Source: Leucoraja ocellata (taxonomy: Eukaryota). Taken from it: a stretch of 64,000 bases of DNA. The DNA lies in assembly GCA_036785375.1 (NCBI GenBank), contig JAWMAR010000779.1, positions 558,001 through 622,000 of the forward strand, in the 5' to 3' direction. The position numbers were made by a program, and so were the translations under genes. Shown here in pieces: positions 35,075 to 50,000 of this stretch (positions are counted from its first letter, which is position 1; each line of letters opens with the position of its first letter). The notes below the pieces were generated by a model. The model saw nothing but the letters and a program-made list of their open reading frames with translations. It made no database searches and was not told where the DNA came from.

Positions 35075-38000
35075 TCATGTCTCTGGAAGTTGATTAATAT
35101 CTGTCAGTTTCGTGTCATTCAAGATCGCACGAATATTCTCCAGGGTCTCTGCCTGACGAATCCGCTCCAACTGCACCTTTTGGGGGAAATCACAGGATTC
35201 ATTGCAGTTATTACTTTAATGATTTACACATTAAAAACACGCCTTGTTTTTCAATAGATACCTTTCAATGAGAGGACTCAGATTACTGACATCAAACTCC
35301 AACTTGCCAGTTAGCATCAATGGGGGGGGGGGGGGGGGGGGGGGGGGTAACAGCTCAATCCAGGATGTATATTTGTGCTAGTATTTCACAAGCATGGTTA
35401 TGATCTATATCCTACCTTTTGAATGGAACTCTCATATGCTAAGGATTTGTCACAGATCTTACAATCTACCTTATTGCTGCACTCGCACATCTAACCTGTA
35501 TTTACTCTATAGCTGTAACATTATGTTCTTCACTGTTTATTTTCTCTTTTGCACTACCTGGTGTACAGTATAATCTGCCTGGATAGTACACAAAACAAAG
35601 TTCTTGACTGGTAGATTTTACAATAATAGACCAATACCATCCCTCTCCCAGCTTTAAAAAAAAAACCTTTTGGTGAAAGTACGAGATTTTGCTGTATCAA
35701 ATAGACTGGTATCTCACCAAATGACTGCACTTCATATGAACAGATTATTCAACTGTGAATCAGCACTTCCAGTGAGGGTTGCTAAATAATGAATGATCTG
35801 GAATAGTGACAAGAAATTGTAGGTATCCCTCCGCCCATGCTAGTGGGACAAGCTGAGCCAACAGCAACAGCCAAACACCATTTTTACCTTTGAACTGTTC
35901 AGTTGGAGAGAAGAATCAAGTGGTTCCTTGGAGAAAAGCAGCAGCATGCATTCAAAGTAAAGGCAGGATAGGAGCTAAGTAAAATAGAGCCCTAGGAAAT
36001 AGTGAGCAACAAACCACTTGAAATATTAATTTAAGGCTGTGAAGATACCAGTGGAAAAGCCTACAAACAAATGCACTGGCAGTCGAAGAACATGCAAACT
36101 GAAACTTTGCAGAAAAGACCCGTGTCAGAAAGTACAAAGTAAAGCAAGCACCCATCAGTTGGCACTATCTTGCTCATAAATGAGTTGCCACGTTGAACTT
36201 TGGGCAGGAGAGGAGAATGTAACAGGTTTTGTGGCACACTGAGTAACCAGTAGAACATAGAAGAGTACACTACAGGAAAAGCCACAATATCTGTGCCAAA
36301 AATAACGGCAAGGTAAACTAATCTCATTTGCCTGCACATGAACCATATCCTTCTTCGATTGTATGCACATCCATATGCTTATCTAAAAGGCCACGATCGT
36401 TTCTGCCCCAACCATCACTCCTGGCAGTGGGTCCCAGACACCCACCTCGTGTAAACTTTGCCCCTCTCATCTTAAAACGAAGTTCTCTAGTCTTTGACAT
36501 TTTCACCCGGGGAAAAACGTTCTGTCTAAGCCTCTCATCATTTTATATACTTCCATCAGGTGTTCTAGAGAAATTAATCCAAGTTTATCCAACCTTTCCT
36601 TGTCACTAATACCCCCTAATCCAGACAATATTAAAACCAAAGAAATAAACACACTTAAAAATGTAAACTTAAATGCTATAGAAATCTCATACGGTCTTCA
36701 GAACCAGTTTAACACAACATGCAATGTTAGTGCAGCCTAGCACATTCATACTGCGCACTTAGTTATGAAAACTGATTCCTTACCTGCAAAGTTTGGGAGA
36801 GTTTAACAAAATCTCTCTGCACTTGTTCACTGACATCCAGTTCAGTTTGCAATCTCTGGCCTTTATTTTTCTCCTCGTACACCAGCTGTTCTAGATTGGT
36901 CTGAAACACAAGACAGAAGACCGGGTTTTAATTTTGGACCTCAAGCATTATTGCATCACATATTTTGGAGATACACTTGCTGGTAAGCTTTGGCTATCTG
37001 TAGCTTAAGAGACACATTGAATCGTATCAGTAACTCTTTCATTGCCAAATAAATTTAACATTAAATAAACACAAATAAAAGCAGCAAATCAACAGCAATG
37101 AAACCATTCTATATAATGCAAGATAATGAACATTATTTACCATGTGGATGAGGAAGCATGTGTAATATTTTCACAGAGCAGTTTTATTCCTTTTCCCTCT
37201 GCCTGAGAACTGAATGCTCATTCAGAGGGAAAGATTTAATAGGAACCTGAAGGGCAACATTTTCCACAGAAGTTGGTAGGTATATGGAACGTTGCGGCAG
37301 GTACTATAACAACATTTAAAAGACATTTGGACAAGTACATGGATAGGAAAAGTTCAGAGGGATATGGATCAAACATGCCATAGTAGGACTAGCATAAATG
37401 GGGCATCCTAGTCCATGGGCCAGTTGGGCCAAAGGGACTATTTCCGTGTTGTACGACTGTCTGTGATTTTAATTTGTGGATCATATTTTAAATATTGGAT
37501 TTTTGGGGGAAAATATCTAAAAATCAATCTGTGTCTGAATGTATTCAGTCGCTGGGTCCCATAGCCCTCTAGAGGATAACTCCAAAGATTCACTGCCTAA
37601 GGACGAAAGACATTTCTCCTCATCTCAGCCGTGATGGCCAATCTTTTACTTTGAGACTGTGACTGGTGACTCTATATGCTGCAGTTGGAGGAAACATTAT
37701 TCCTACAAAATTCCCTGTTTTTTTAGTAAGATGAACCCCTGTACCCTTCTTATAAACGCAAGTATTGCCTAATAATCTCTGCTGTGGAACATCACATCCC
37801 AGACATCACTGTTGCACAAACTCTATCACAGACAGGAAGCCACATAGCCAGATGCAGTCACATCAGGGTCCGTTATACTGCAGTCTTTCTTGCCCACAAA
37901 TCCTCTTGTTATAAATAACGTGCATTCCTAATTACTCCCAGTACATGTCTGTTACCTTTAAGCAGTTTGGTTACTGAGATACTCAATTCCCTCTGAACAT

Positions 38001-41000
38001 CAACACCTTTCAATCTTTCATTGCTTAAACAAAAACACCGCTGTTATACTGAATTCTACCAAAGTCCATGACCTCACATGATCTACAACATGTTCTACCA
38101 TCCTTATTCACATAGCTTGTCTATAATCCCTGAAGTTCCACAGCATTGGTAGTGACAAGTCTGTCACTGTATCACAGATAAAGATGGGTTGGGTTGGATG
38201 GGTTGGAGATGGGTCTGTAACTGTATAATACTGGGGTATAGTATTGGTGGGGACAAATCTATCACCAGATAACATTGCAGAGTACTGTCCTGGTGGGGAT
38301 GGGTCTATCACATTATAACACTGGGGCATAGTAGTGGAAGAGTCCCAAACCAAAATGTCTTCTGTCCATTTCCTTCCACATCTGTTGCCTGACCCGTTGA
38401 GTTTCTCCAGTCCAGTTTTTCAGTCTTTACGATCTTCACCATAGAGGACACAACAGAAAGTGTTTCCATGGGAGAGAGGGGGTAATGTAGTGCCTGAGGG
38501 CGATGTTAAATAATTCACTGGCCAGTTGGTATCTAACATGACATTAAAGGTCACAATGAAGTTGTACAGAGAATGTATTATGTTAACATAATTTTGGGAA
38601 CCTGTAAAAAGGTACCACTGTATTGTACTCACTTCTAATTAAAAAAAATGTAAAAGTCACATTGGCTGAGAGTGCTCAACAATGGTAGTTCATGAACAAC
38701 CAGAAAGTATGTCGTGTCTGGAAGTGTGTTAAGAAACCGTGCGGAAAATGGCTTAACATTTCATTTGACACCAGAAACTAAAAACCCATTTACAGTTGAA
38801 GAACACGGTGTAAAATAAGTGTTGTGCAACTGTATTTCCTGGCACAAAACTGTCATATTGTTGAAATATGTTTCCATGCAAAAGATCCACACTGATCATA
38901 TTCCCAATTACATTGTTTCTACAAGCACACTGCAGAGCATCTGAAGGAACTGGTAGGAAATAATTCACTGACACTCAGAGGCCATCCTAATTTTACAAGA
39001 ATACTGCTTTTCCCATACTGGAGATTAAATGAAGGATTAGATTAAACAGTAATGTCAATTCTGCTAGCTCACACAAATCTTCACTGTAAAATAACCTGCT
39101 GTCGGATGCAGAATACAGTCTTTGTCAGGTGCTGGAAGATTAAATTCAAGTTATCAAATTACAAAACTGAATGTGGAAGTTCAATTTTATTCCCATATAA
39201 AGTGCAAACTATTTTGCCAGGACACTGCGAAAAAATCCTTTCTCTTCGAGTGGTGCCGCAGATTGCTAGCGTGAGGGGCAGGTGGGATCTAGTTTATCAA
39301 CTCTTCCAAAAAAAAGGTCTCCAAATTACCCCACAACCCCGAGGTAAACACAGAATGTCTGCCATTAAAACTGTGTTCTTAGACAAAAATGAAATGATTC
39401 CAGCATCGGTATATATTTCAATCCAAAGAATCCTGATCCAAAATATCACCAATCCATGTCCAACAGTGATGCTGCCCGATCCGCTGAGTTACTCAAGCCC
39501 TTGGTGGTCTACACAAGATTCCAGCATCTGCAGTTTTTCGTGTCTCTAATACATATTTTAAGTTAATTGCAGTAGAATTGTAGAAGCGGATCCAGAAGTT
39601 ACCACTTGTGCCAGATTTATGGTTTAGCTGGCTGGTAAATTAAATAGATAATTAGATCCAGCTAAAACATCATGACGCAATGTAGGCAGATGGAGTATTT
39701 AGGCCAATGTAATCAGGGCTAATAATAAACATAAACCCATCTTGAAAAACCTACTGTATCTATCATGTGGCAACCTTGGAAGAATTGTATCCCACTGGTA
39801 GATAATTTCCAACTTTAAACCCCCTTGGGATTTTCCAAACTCACCTTAGCAGACCCCTCCTTCTTCACTTGTTCTTCTAACTTGTTCCTCACTTCTTCAA
39901 GTTCTTCCAGTTGTTTGGACTTCTCTTGCAATCTGGCTTCCAACTGGAAACAAATACATTTTTACAGTGGAGCTCAGAAGATTCTGAGCAAATTTCCTCC
40001 TGTACATTTAATTATTAAAGAGCTTGTGAACAAGTGAGAGAGAATAAGTATTTAATTTATACTCATGGGATGTGGGAGAGGAGGTATTGGGGAGCGGTGA
40101 CCACACTAAGCTGCCTCCTTGAATCATTGAATCCTTGAACCACATGTGTGTGTATTCATATTACTGGTAGGCAGTCCCATGGTTTTGATCCAACCTCCAC
40201 AATGAGGCAACAGTGATATATTTCTACGTCAGGATGTGACATGGGGAAGGAGCGGAAGCTGAGGATGAAAGATGGCAGGATCTTGCAGGTGGCATCTGGA
40301 TGGAATAAATCACAGGTTGGGAGAAGCCACTGCAGATGCTTTACTAGTTGGCTGGGGTTGACTGGAGAATACATTGAAAGGTATAAGATGGGCAGGCAAT
40401 TTTGGTCTTTTAAAAAAAATGCAAAAGTTGTGAAAAAAATCTTTCCTCCAGGCAAAAAAGCCACAAGAAAAATGGAAAGACGTTATGCTTATAGTTCAGT
40501 AGAGAAGAAAGGAAGAATCTTAAAAACTTATCAGAAACTCCAGTTGGCCTGGAGATTGAACCTGTTATAACTCAACATTTGATAAAGTCCCGCAAGGTAG
40601 TCTGAACCAGAAGATTAAGATGTATAGGTTTAAAAGTGACTTGGTCATAAGGATTCAGAACTGGTTTACTGATAGAAGTTGTAGTGTAATGTCAACACCC
40701 AGACCTGCCAGATATACTGCACAATGAAAGGTCTGGTAAGAATGAGCAATTTAGTATTTAATATTAGTCAAAAAAAAATCTTAATAGTTGATAAAACCTA
40801 ATGATCGGAACATTTACATCAGAGCTTTGAAAGATAAACTTTAGAGACAGTGGATGCCATGGTAGTCATCTTCCAAGGTTTTTTAGATTCTAGAATGGTT
40901 CCTGTGGATTGGAGGATAACAAACATGGCCCACTATTTGTGATAGGAAGAGAGGAAACAGCAACTGTTGGCCTGAATCTGAAATGGCAAACTGTAAAAAT

Positions 41001-44000
41001 GTATACTGTAAACAAGAAACCAGCTTGAAAAGAACAAAAGGACTAAGCAGAGTCAGCATAGATTTGTGGAAGCATTTGCTGGAATTCGGCAAGGATGCGA
41101 CTAGTCGTATAGAAAAGGAGAAACAGTGGAGGTGGTCTATTTATATTTTTAGAAGATATTTCCGAAGGTCCCGCAGAGGTGGTTGATTAAGGGTTGAGTA
41201 CAGAGAATGGGTATAATATCCCCACATCAATTGACAACTTGCTATTGAACAGAAAGCATAGATTGGGAATAAATAGATGATTCTTTGGTGGTTAGGCTGT
41301 GACAAGTAGGGTACTTTCAGGCTTGGGCCAAATGTTTCACAATCTAATTTAGCAAGTTTGCTGAGGGGGGTAAAACATCATACTTCCAAGTTTGTTGACA
41401 ACACTAAATTAGCTGGGAGGAGTATAAAGTATATGCGGTCTCGAAAATTGAGGAGGCGAGAACACAAAATATAATGTGAAAAATGTTAGGTTATCACCTT
41501 TGGTGCACAACAATAAAGCAGATTAATTGTTAAACAGTGTGAAATTGGGTAGTTGTGATGTTTGGGGAGCCAAGTGTGCTTGTACACAAGACCTTTTTCA
41601 GGCCAACATGCAGGTGCTCTGAGCAAAATGTTAAGGAGAGACGAGGAACTGCAATGTTATGTTCACTTTTATTACAAGAGGATTTGAATGCAAGAGTAAG
41701 GAAGTCGTATTTAAATTGTGCAAGGACTTGTGAGAGCACACTTGGGGTAATGTGAACAGTTTTGGGCTCCTTAACTCAGAACGGATGTACTTGCCATTGC
41801 GGGAGTACAGCGAAGATTCACTAAACTGGTTCCAGGGTGTAGGATTTGCCTTAAGAGGGGAAATCGAGTAGACTAGGCCTGTATTCTCTAAAGTTTAGAA
41901 GAATGAGAGGAGATACCATAAAAAATGTATACAACTCTTAAAGGCTTGACAGGCTAAATGCACAGAGGAAGTTTCTCCTGGCTGAGAACTCCAAGATCAG
42001 GAGACACCGCTTCAAAATAAGGGCCAGGCAGTTTGGACTGAGAAAGGAAGATATTTCTTCATTGTGAAGGTGGATCATTGGCATTCTCTATCCCGGAGGG
42101 CTGTGGAGCCTCTGTAGTTGCATTAATACAAAATATTAAATGATGGATTTCTGGACATTAAGTGAATCAATCGATTTGGGGATAATGCAAGAAAGTAGCA
42201 TTCAGATAGATGCCATAATCTTAATGAATAGCAGAGCAGATTCGAATGGCAAATACACATTCCTGCTCCAGTTTACCATTCTCTTAAGTAACAGCCGTGC
42301 CTTTTGGAGATGATTCACCATTTCCATCATTGTGGCCATGACATTCAAAGGGGAAAAGAGCATTTGCAGTAAGTTCAATTTGTAGTTTTGCATCCAGTGA
42401 GGTTTTCCAAGTATCACGCAGCATACGTGTACTGGGTGAAGAGATGAGGTTCAGGAATTTCATTTTATAAGTATTGATCCTGAACCATAAATGTAAAGAA
42501 TTCTATAGACTTTATTTGGACCTGTAAGATTCTACACTTTATGTAGTATACAATAAATCATAAAATCACTCCTAATACACTTGCCAAAGATAAAATCTTG
42601 CAAAACTAAAATATATCAGATTAGAGAATCACAATAAGTTCTTAATTTGTATTAAGCAACAGAAATGGAAACACAAACAGAAGGGGGAAGCTTTCATCTC
42701 ATCAAACCCCACCTATACACAAAGTTCCCACAACAATTTAAGTACAACAAAAGTAAAAATAAATCAGTACGGGGTGAGTACTGAAAAGTGGCACTGAACT
42801 AACAATTCACCAAGATCTTAATGAACGACAGCAGTGTGTGCAACCAAGGGGCTTACTATAGCTACCCTTTCTGGTGATCCTTGTAAGTGAATCTTGTACC
42901 CTTTAGCAACAGGGTAAATTGTCCATGTTTTTTCGTCTGAATCAATTATTTTTTATTCAGGATCTATTGCTCATCCCAAACTGCCTCAAGGTGGTGACGA
43001 TTCATCTTCTTGAACTGTTTTTCGAGGAGATGGTGTTGAGTAGGGAGTTTCAGGATTTAGATCCAACAATAATGAAAGACAAAGATAGTGCAGCTCAGGT
43101 TACAGTGGATTTTTGAGGGGAACCTCCTCCTCCCCCACGTGCTGTTGTTCCCCTGATCTACTGCCAGAGTCTTTCTTGGTGGTAATGGTTATGGAGTAAT
43201 TCCATGTACTGCCTCTGATTTTGATTATAATCCCCCACATAGAAACTCCAAGGTTTTTCCCTTCCTAACTCCAGTTCTTCTTAAAATCTTGTTAACTTTA
43301 ATCAAATTGCTGCATAATCTTCTAATTTCAAGGAACAACAATCTAAGTTGATGTCTTTACAATGTTAGAAAGTGTGTTTGCAGGTTTGCAAATTATATCA
43401 AAATTGGTGGAGTTGCCAACAGTGATAAGTAGATAAGAGTAGTAATTGCCTTCACCGCTTAGTTCATAGGTTCTAGGAACAGAATAAGGCCATTCGGCCC
43501 AACAAGTCTACCATTCAAGCATGGCTGATCTATCATTCCCCCACAACCCCATTCTCCTGGTTTCTCCCCATAACCCCCGACACTCGTACTAATCACGAAT
43601 CTGTCAATGACTTGAGTCATTGCGTGCAAGTCAGAAATTTATAGAATGTGTGTGCAGTGCTGGTTGCCTCATTACAAGATGGATGGAAGACTTGAGAGGG
43701 AGCAGAAGTTACCCGAAGCAAAATGATGCTTGGATTAGAGGGCGGTAATTATAAGGAGAGGTTGGGCAAACTTGGTATACATGCAGTAGCCAGAATCTTT
43801 TTCCTTGGATGGAAATGTCTAAAACTAGAGGACATAGCTTTACAGTGTGTTTGGAGGGAGGGGTGAGGGTGTTTAAAGGAGATGTGCAGGGCAGGTTTTT
43901 TTTAAAACACAGAGAATGATGGGTGCCTGGTAGACCTGCCGGGGGTGGTGGTGGTAGCAAGTACAATATTGGTGCTTAAGTTTTTTCAATAGGTACGTGG

Positions 44001-47000
44001 CTATGCTGGGAATGGATCATGTGCATTAAGATGCAATTAATCGCATCATGTTTGACACAGACGTTGTGGGCCAAAGGGCCTTTTCCTGTGATGTATTGTT
44101 CTATGTTGCAATACATCTCTTGGGAGACTAGGGGGGGGGGGGCAGTCATCCTACCAAATGGGCTGTTGTTATGCAAAGATCTCTAAATTGACCAACCAAA
44201 CAAGACCATTTTTTATACAATTTCACCTGACAGTTCCTCATCTGAATTTTGTAGCAAGCAAGATTACCAAAAAAACTCACCTGATCTTTATCCGCTTTCA
44301 CTCTCTCCAATTCCGTTTTCAAACTGGAAAAAGATGCTGAAAGAGAAAAGTAATAACTTTTTACATTGGTCATGATTTTGCACAATGGAATGCCACATTT
44401 TGCTCTGTGATGCTGAACAGCAGCCTACATTTCATGTGAAGCAGTGTGAACAGAATGCAAGACAATCCAACTGAATTGGTAGCTGAGATTTCTTTGGTTA
44501 ATCATATCTCAAGGAAAATGAGCAGCTACTGCCATTCAAATTCAGTAGCTTAACCTTCATTGGGCCCCTCAAGCACAATCCCAAGCCTGAAACTAGCACT
44601 GGGCTGCAATGAACCATGAAGAGGTCAGTTTAAAGAAAACTAAAATAGGCAACATCTGAAAAACACTGGCCCAAAAGGTGGTCGGTAAAATGGATTAAAA
44701 GGTATTTGGGATGTTTGCCTTTATCAGCTTATGCACAGACTACAAGAGTGGGGAGGTTATGCTGGAACTGCATACAACTCTAGCTGGGTCACAGCTCAAG
44801 TGCAGTGTACAGTTCGGGTTCCAGTAGGAACAAAGGGATTCACGGGAGAAGATGCAGGGGAGATTTACAAGGATGTTCAGCATATTGTAGCTATAACAAA
44901 AGATTGGATTAACTGGCGTTGTTTGCCTGGAACCGAGGCAGCTTGCGAATATTTACTTAGAGACGTACATGGTGGGCTTAGATTCTTCCTATTTGGTCTA
45001 TCCATTTTCTTATCAGAGGAATCAAAAATCAGATGCAGACATTTCAGAAATAAGTGACAGGAGTTTGGTTTTCACCATCTGAAAGGGAGGTGGAGACAGA
45101 TGCCCTAGCCACTTACAAAGAGTACTCAGTTGCATACTGAATATCTGAGACTTGCAAGGACTTGACTAGGAGATAGAAAGTGGGATTAAAATAGAACATT
45201 CCTTATTAGCCAGCAAGCACATTAGAGTGGCCGTCTTCTATCACAAATTTCCCATGACATTATCAAGGTTTACTTGATTTCAAACGTTCTGATGGTCTTA
45301 AATACAATCGTAATTCTCAACCACAACACGGCAGAAAATATCCTAATTCTAATAACCAGAAAAGTGGGCGCAGATACGTTAATTATAGTATAGAAAATGT
45401 AATAGTTCAGCCCGAGTCAGCATACATAAAAACCACTGTTAACCACAAGGTGACAAATCTGCCACAGATTACCAAGGAGGCATTAGGAAGAGGACAATAT
45501 TATCTAAGGATATATAAAGTCGTTTAGTAAAGGTAGCAGAACAGGTTCAGCCTCTGGGGATCTGGGGACAGTGGATACCTAGTTTTCCTTTTGATATAAC
45601 TAGGTCACTAATCACCTACACCCCATCACTGCTTACATACCGAAGGTAGAAGACACAGCTGTGAAATAAATGGTGACCTCAATCAGCTTAATGCAACAGT
45701 GATTGGTCAAATTGAGCTGATTCATTAATGAACTTCCTTCATTTGCGAAGGTCAAATGATTGCTGATAATTGCATTAGCATTGATAGGTGTCATTGTCGG
45801 CGTGGACGTGGTGGATCAAAAGGGTCTATTTCCGTGCTGCACAAATCTATGATTCAACTAGAAGTACACCTGACTGGTTGTACTTTATCAACTGTCTCAA
45901 AAACATCTTTCTTATACATGAAGGGGAAGCACATGTTGCACAGGAGGGCCAATATTTGAAACCAATCATTTCACACAATTTCACCTCTGAGATGATCCTT
46001 CTCTGCTCAAGAGGCTCCAATTGAGGTTCATTTTATCTACTGCACCAGTTGATCATTTCAAGGTACAATGGGGCAGCGCTGATGAAATCAGTATTACAAG
46101 CACTGCATTTCAATCAATCTGAAAAACATTCATGTCAGCATTTTTCACTCATGTTCCTGTTCACTCACCTGTTCCTGTCACTTTTAGTTTCTCGAGTATA
46201 CAAGAGCAATGTAGAACTTGTATTTTATCTTACCAGGTGACCTCACTCGCTTTCCTAGCTCCCATACAGACCCTCCCTCAGAGGTGCCCATGACATGCTC
46301 TGTCTGAACAAGGTCAAGCAGGGCATTAGAACAATGAGATAACAATTTTGTATTAGGGAGAGTACCCATTCAATGCCAGAATAACAAGTCCATTGATTTA
46401 AGCACCATGTCATTGTTGCAGTAAGACTATTTTAAGGGAAAGCACCACAAGTAGCCAAATGTTTGCTCCACCACATTGACTGAAAATTCATAACATTAAC
46501 AGCTTTTCAGGTGTGCGGTGGCAATATATGAAACAGAGGCTGCTATATCAGCGACTTCCCTGCTAATAATGTTAGTTACTAGGCATAAATGGAAACATGG
46601 AGTCCTTGTGCGTTAAAGATTTAAAGCAAAGCCAGAGCAAGTAAACTTAATATCTTAAACTTAAAATCATGCTGGTGAAAAGAGGGAAAGGGAAGCTAGA
46701 GAGGGGAAAAGAAACAGGAGAATGACCATTTACATTCTGAAGTAACTTAGTGGATCAGGCAACATCCTTGGAGGGACACAGAAGGTCTAACGTAATATAT
46801 CCCCTATCCATGTTCTCTAGGATGCTGCCTAACCCACCAAGTTACTCCTGCACTTTGTATTTTGATTGAATCTTGTGTTGCTTTGTGTCACTAACACAGT
46901 GGAGTAGTACAGTTTGACCAATAATTAACTCAAATTCTGGTGACTTTATAATGTAAAAACATTTTATCAGAACAAAGAGTTTCTTCATGAGATTAGCTCT

Positions 47001-50000
47001 ATACCAAGCAGGATGTACTGCACCTGACAAGTCAATGGCAGGTCGCCCAGCATTACCAAATCACAATCACTCACCCTTACAATAAGTTCCCATGTCAACA
47101 TCATTGGCAATGAAAGGACATTTGTCTAACTTTGCTCAATTAAAGCCAAATAGAAATCCTGCAAATCTACTCTCTACTATCTACCCCCAAAACCAGACAT
47201 TACTGTAAAATGCATTGAGGTATTTGATAGCAGCACAGCCAACAGAGAAGCCAAAGAATGAAACCTCAGACATACACCGCCAAGCTCTGCAACTTAGAAA
47301 CCATGACTCAAAATAGGTGCAGGGCCTGACTGTTGAATGGCCCAGGATCCCTATCAAATTTTTCCATTGTGTTTTACCATGGATAAAAATAAAATTGTGT
47401 TTTACCATGGATAAAAAAAAAATGCAATTACAGTGGGAAGAATAGCCTGAAAAGAAACGATATTTAGAGAAAAGATTTTCCAGCAGAATTAACAGAAGAT
47501 TAAGGCAAATAACAGCACCGAGCAGATTGACTTTTAAATTTAGATTCATCAATAATCAATTAAATGTTATATTTTAACATGTCAATAGTTCAATAGCCAA
47601 ATAGCCTTTATTGCACATGCACTTTGCTATTGATTCACAAAACGTCAAGCCTGCCAAAATGATGAATGAATTGAGATTGCATGGATGACTTGCAGGATCA
47701 TGCAGGTTGGTGTGTTTGAAGTTTAGGATGTTTAATAAAGCAGTTAAGATGAATCAATAAAAGATGAGAGAAAGGGGGGAGAACAGATGAGTTGCTTATT
47801 TGGTACAGGTTCCATGCTCTCTTCTATTTGGTTAATCCAGTCTCTCCTATTCCAAAGCTACTCCAGTAATCTATTTCACGAGGGTGAACAGAACAGTAGG
47901 ACCGTCACAGATTTTACAGACTATTTTGGTTAGTGAACTAGCTAAGCACATCTCCAGCAAGTGAGATTAGCTGAGATAGAGCAAACAGCAGTAATCATAA
48001 GCTTCATACCTTCCAAGATGTCTGGGAGTCAAGGAGTCAGTAACAAAAACAGATAAGGGAAAAATATTAGAAAGAAAAAGATAGTAACAAAGTAAGTAAA
48101 TTTAAACTAAAATTACATTTGGTTTTTAAAGAATCTTGTTTCTATCCAACCCATTTTCTTGTCTAAAAGTCTGTAGAATAACACTTCATTAATCATTTCT
48201 AACATCACGTGGACGTACGTGAAGAGCCTGGGTATTGTAGTAGTAGTCAAAATAGCAACAGCAATCCCCAGTCAGCATTGTACTTACTATAGCCTAGTTT
48301 GCTGTGCATGCTTGTTTGCACATGGCTCATGAAAACAACAGAAGAAATACCAGGCAAGATTTTGAGCACTGCAGTCCCAATTGGGAAGTGACAACTTATC
48401 AAGATCGAGTGTATCAGGGGAGAAAGTGATGTTGCAGGATTGTCCTTTGCAACTTTATTTATAGGGATTATACATCAAGTAACTGATAAAGCCCATAGGT
48501 CAAATGCAAATATAGCTGTTACATTGCCACGGGCATAGAAGATCCTTCCTAAACATAAGGATACCTCCAATAATTATTTTTGGACATTTTTTATCGATAT
48601 ATGGCACAATTTCTATTTCACTCACCAATCTCTTCCTTGCAATTATCAATTTCCAACTGCAAAGTTTCTTCAATATTCTCCTTCAGACACTGCTCTGCTT
48701 GTATCTGCTCCTTCAAGAAAAGGATTTCTGCCTTTAGTTTCTCTTCCAGATGATCGGCGGCTGTCCGTACACTGATTATGTTTTCACGATATTTCTGCAC
48801 AAGTTCATGTAATTCCTAAATCGAAGTAACAAAAAAACTTGAAGATAACACGATGCTTGTTATCAGTTATCTACATCAGTTACACTGAAGCAGAACGACT
48901 TCTCTGGAATAGACATTTGTAACTGAATATCATCCAATCCAATACAATGGGCAATTTGCTCCAAAAGTAGACACCTGCTTTCTCACAAAACTGGTAAGAT
49001 CCCAAAAACCACAATGTCTCCCATTATAAGAAACCCATCACAATTCCTGCATCAATCAAACAGCAATAGCTCAAGGTCAGAGGCAATAGTACAAGGAAGT
49101 ACGGATGTAAGAGCTTATGGGCAGAAGGTAGGAGAAAGGGGTTTGGAGGGAGAGATAGATCAGCCATGATGGGATGGCGGAGTAGGCTTGATGGCCCAAA
49201 TGGCCTAATTCTGCTCCTGTCGCTTATAATCTTATAAATATAGCCTGCAGGCCAGCATTGATATTAAATTTGTCTCAGCAATATCCGAGTAGAGTCATAA
49301 AGCTAGTCTGAGAGATTTAATTTCATTTACCTCCATAGTGGCTGGTGGAATGAAGTTCTCTTCCTGAAGAACAGAAGAATGCAAACTATGTTTCCCCTGA
49401 AGACTCTCATTTTCTTTCTGTAGCCTGGTCAACTCCTCGGATACTTGTTCCCGTGCCTGAATAAGCACCGCCTTTTGAAAAGGTGACAGGTTACAGACAA
49501 AACAAGTTCATTCTGTGATTGATCACCAGCTTTATGAATGATTCTTTAAAAATAAACACAAAAATTAAGTCTTCTTTAAATATATAGCTCAATTATCGGC
49601 ATTAGGGCTGCTATTAAACATAATTCTCACCTATTGACAAATAATTATGTACTTTCACAGATAATTTTATAAAATGTTATAATATCTTGATATCTCTTGC
49701 ATGGGAGGAAAACTAGTTATGAGAGCTCATTACACTATATTACTATTAACAGAGGTAACTTTCTGTGCTGGATAGTTAAGATCATGATACAAATGATTTC
49801 AGTCATATGATGCCTATATACTATTTTTGGAAAATAAACTGACCCAATAAAATCAATTTGAAAATCATTTACTCTCAGTGAAAGACAGTGCTTCGGAGTT
49901 ATGGATGCAGACAAAACAAATTTGCTCAATCTCATGCGACTAACCATTTGCTCCTGGGTGCTTCTTTTGGCTTGGGAAAACGACTGCTGCATATTAGTAA

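Noticed and set aside
38150-38340. CRISPR-like repeat array
   Set aside because: Eukaryotic intron, degenerate contiguous units without unique spacers, and no cas genes.
47368-47418. Direct repeat TTGTGTTTTACCATGGATAAAAA x2
   Set aside because: Ordinary short slippage duplication in an intron.
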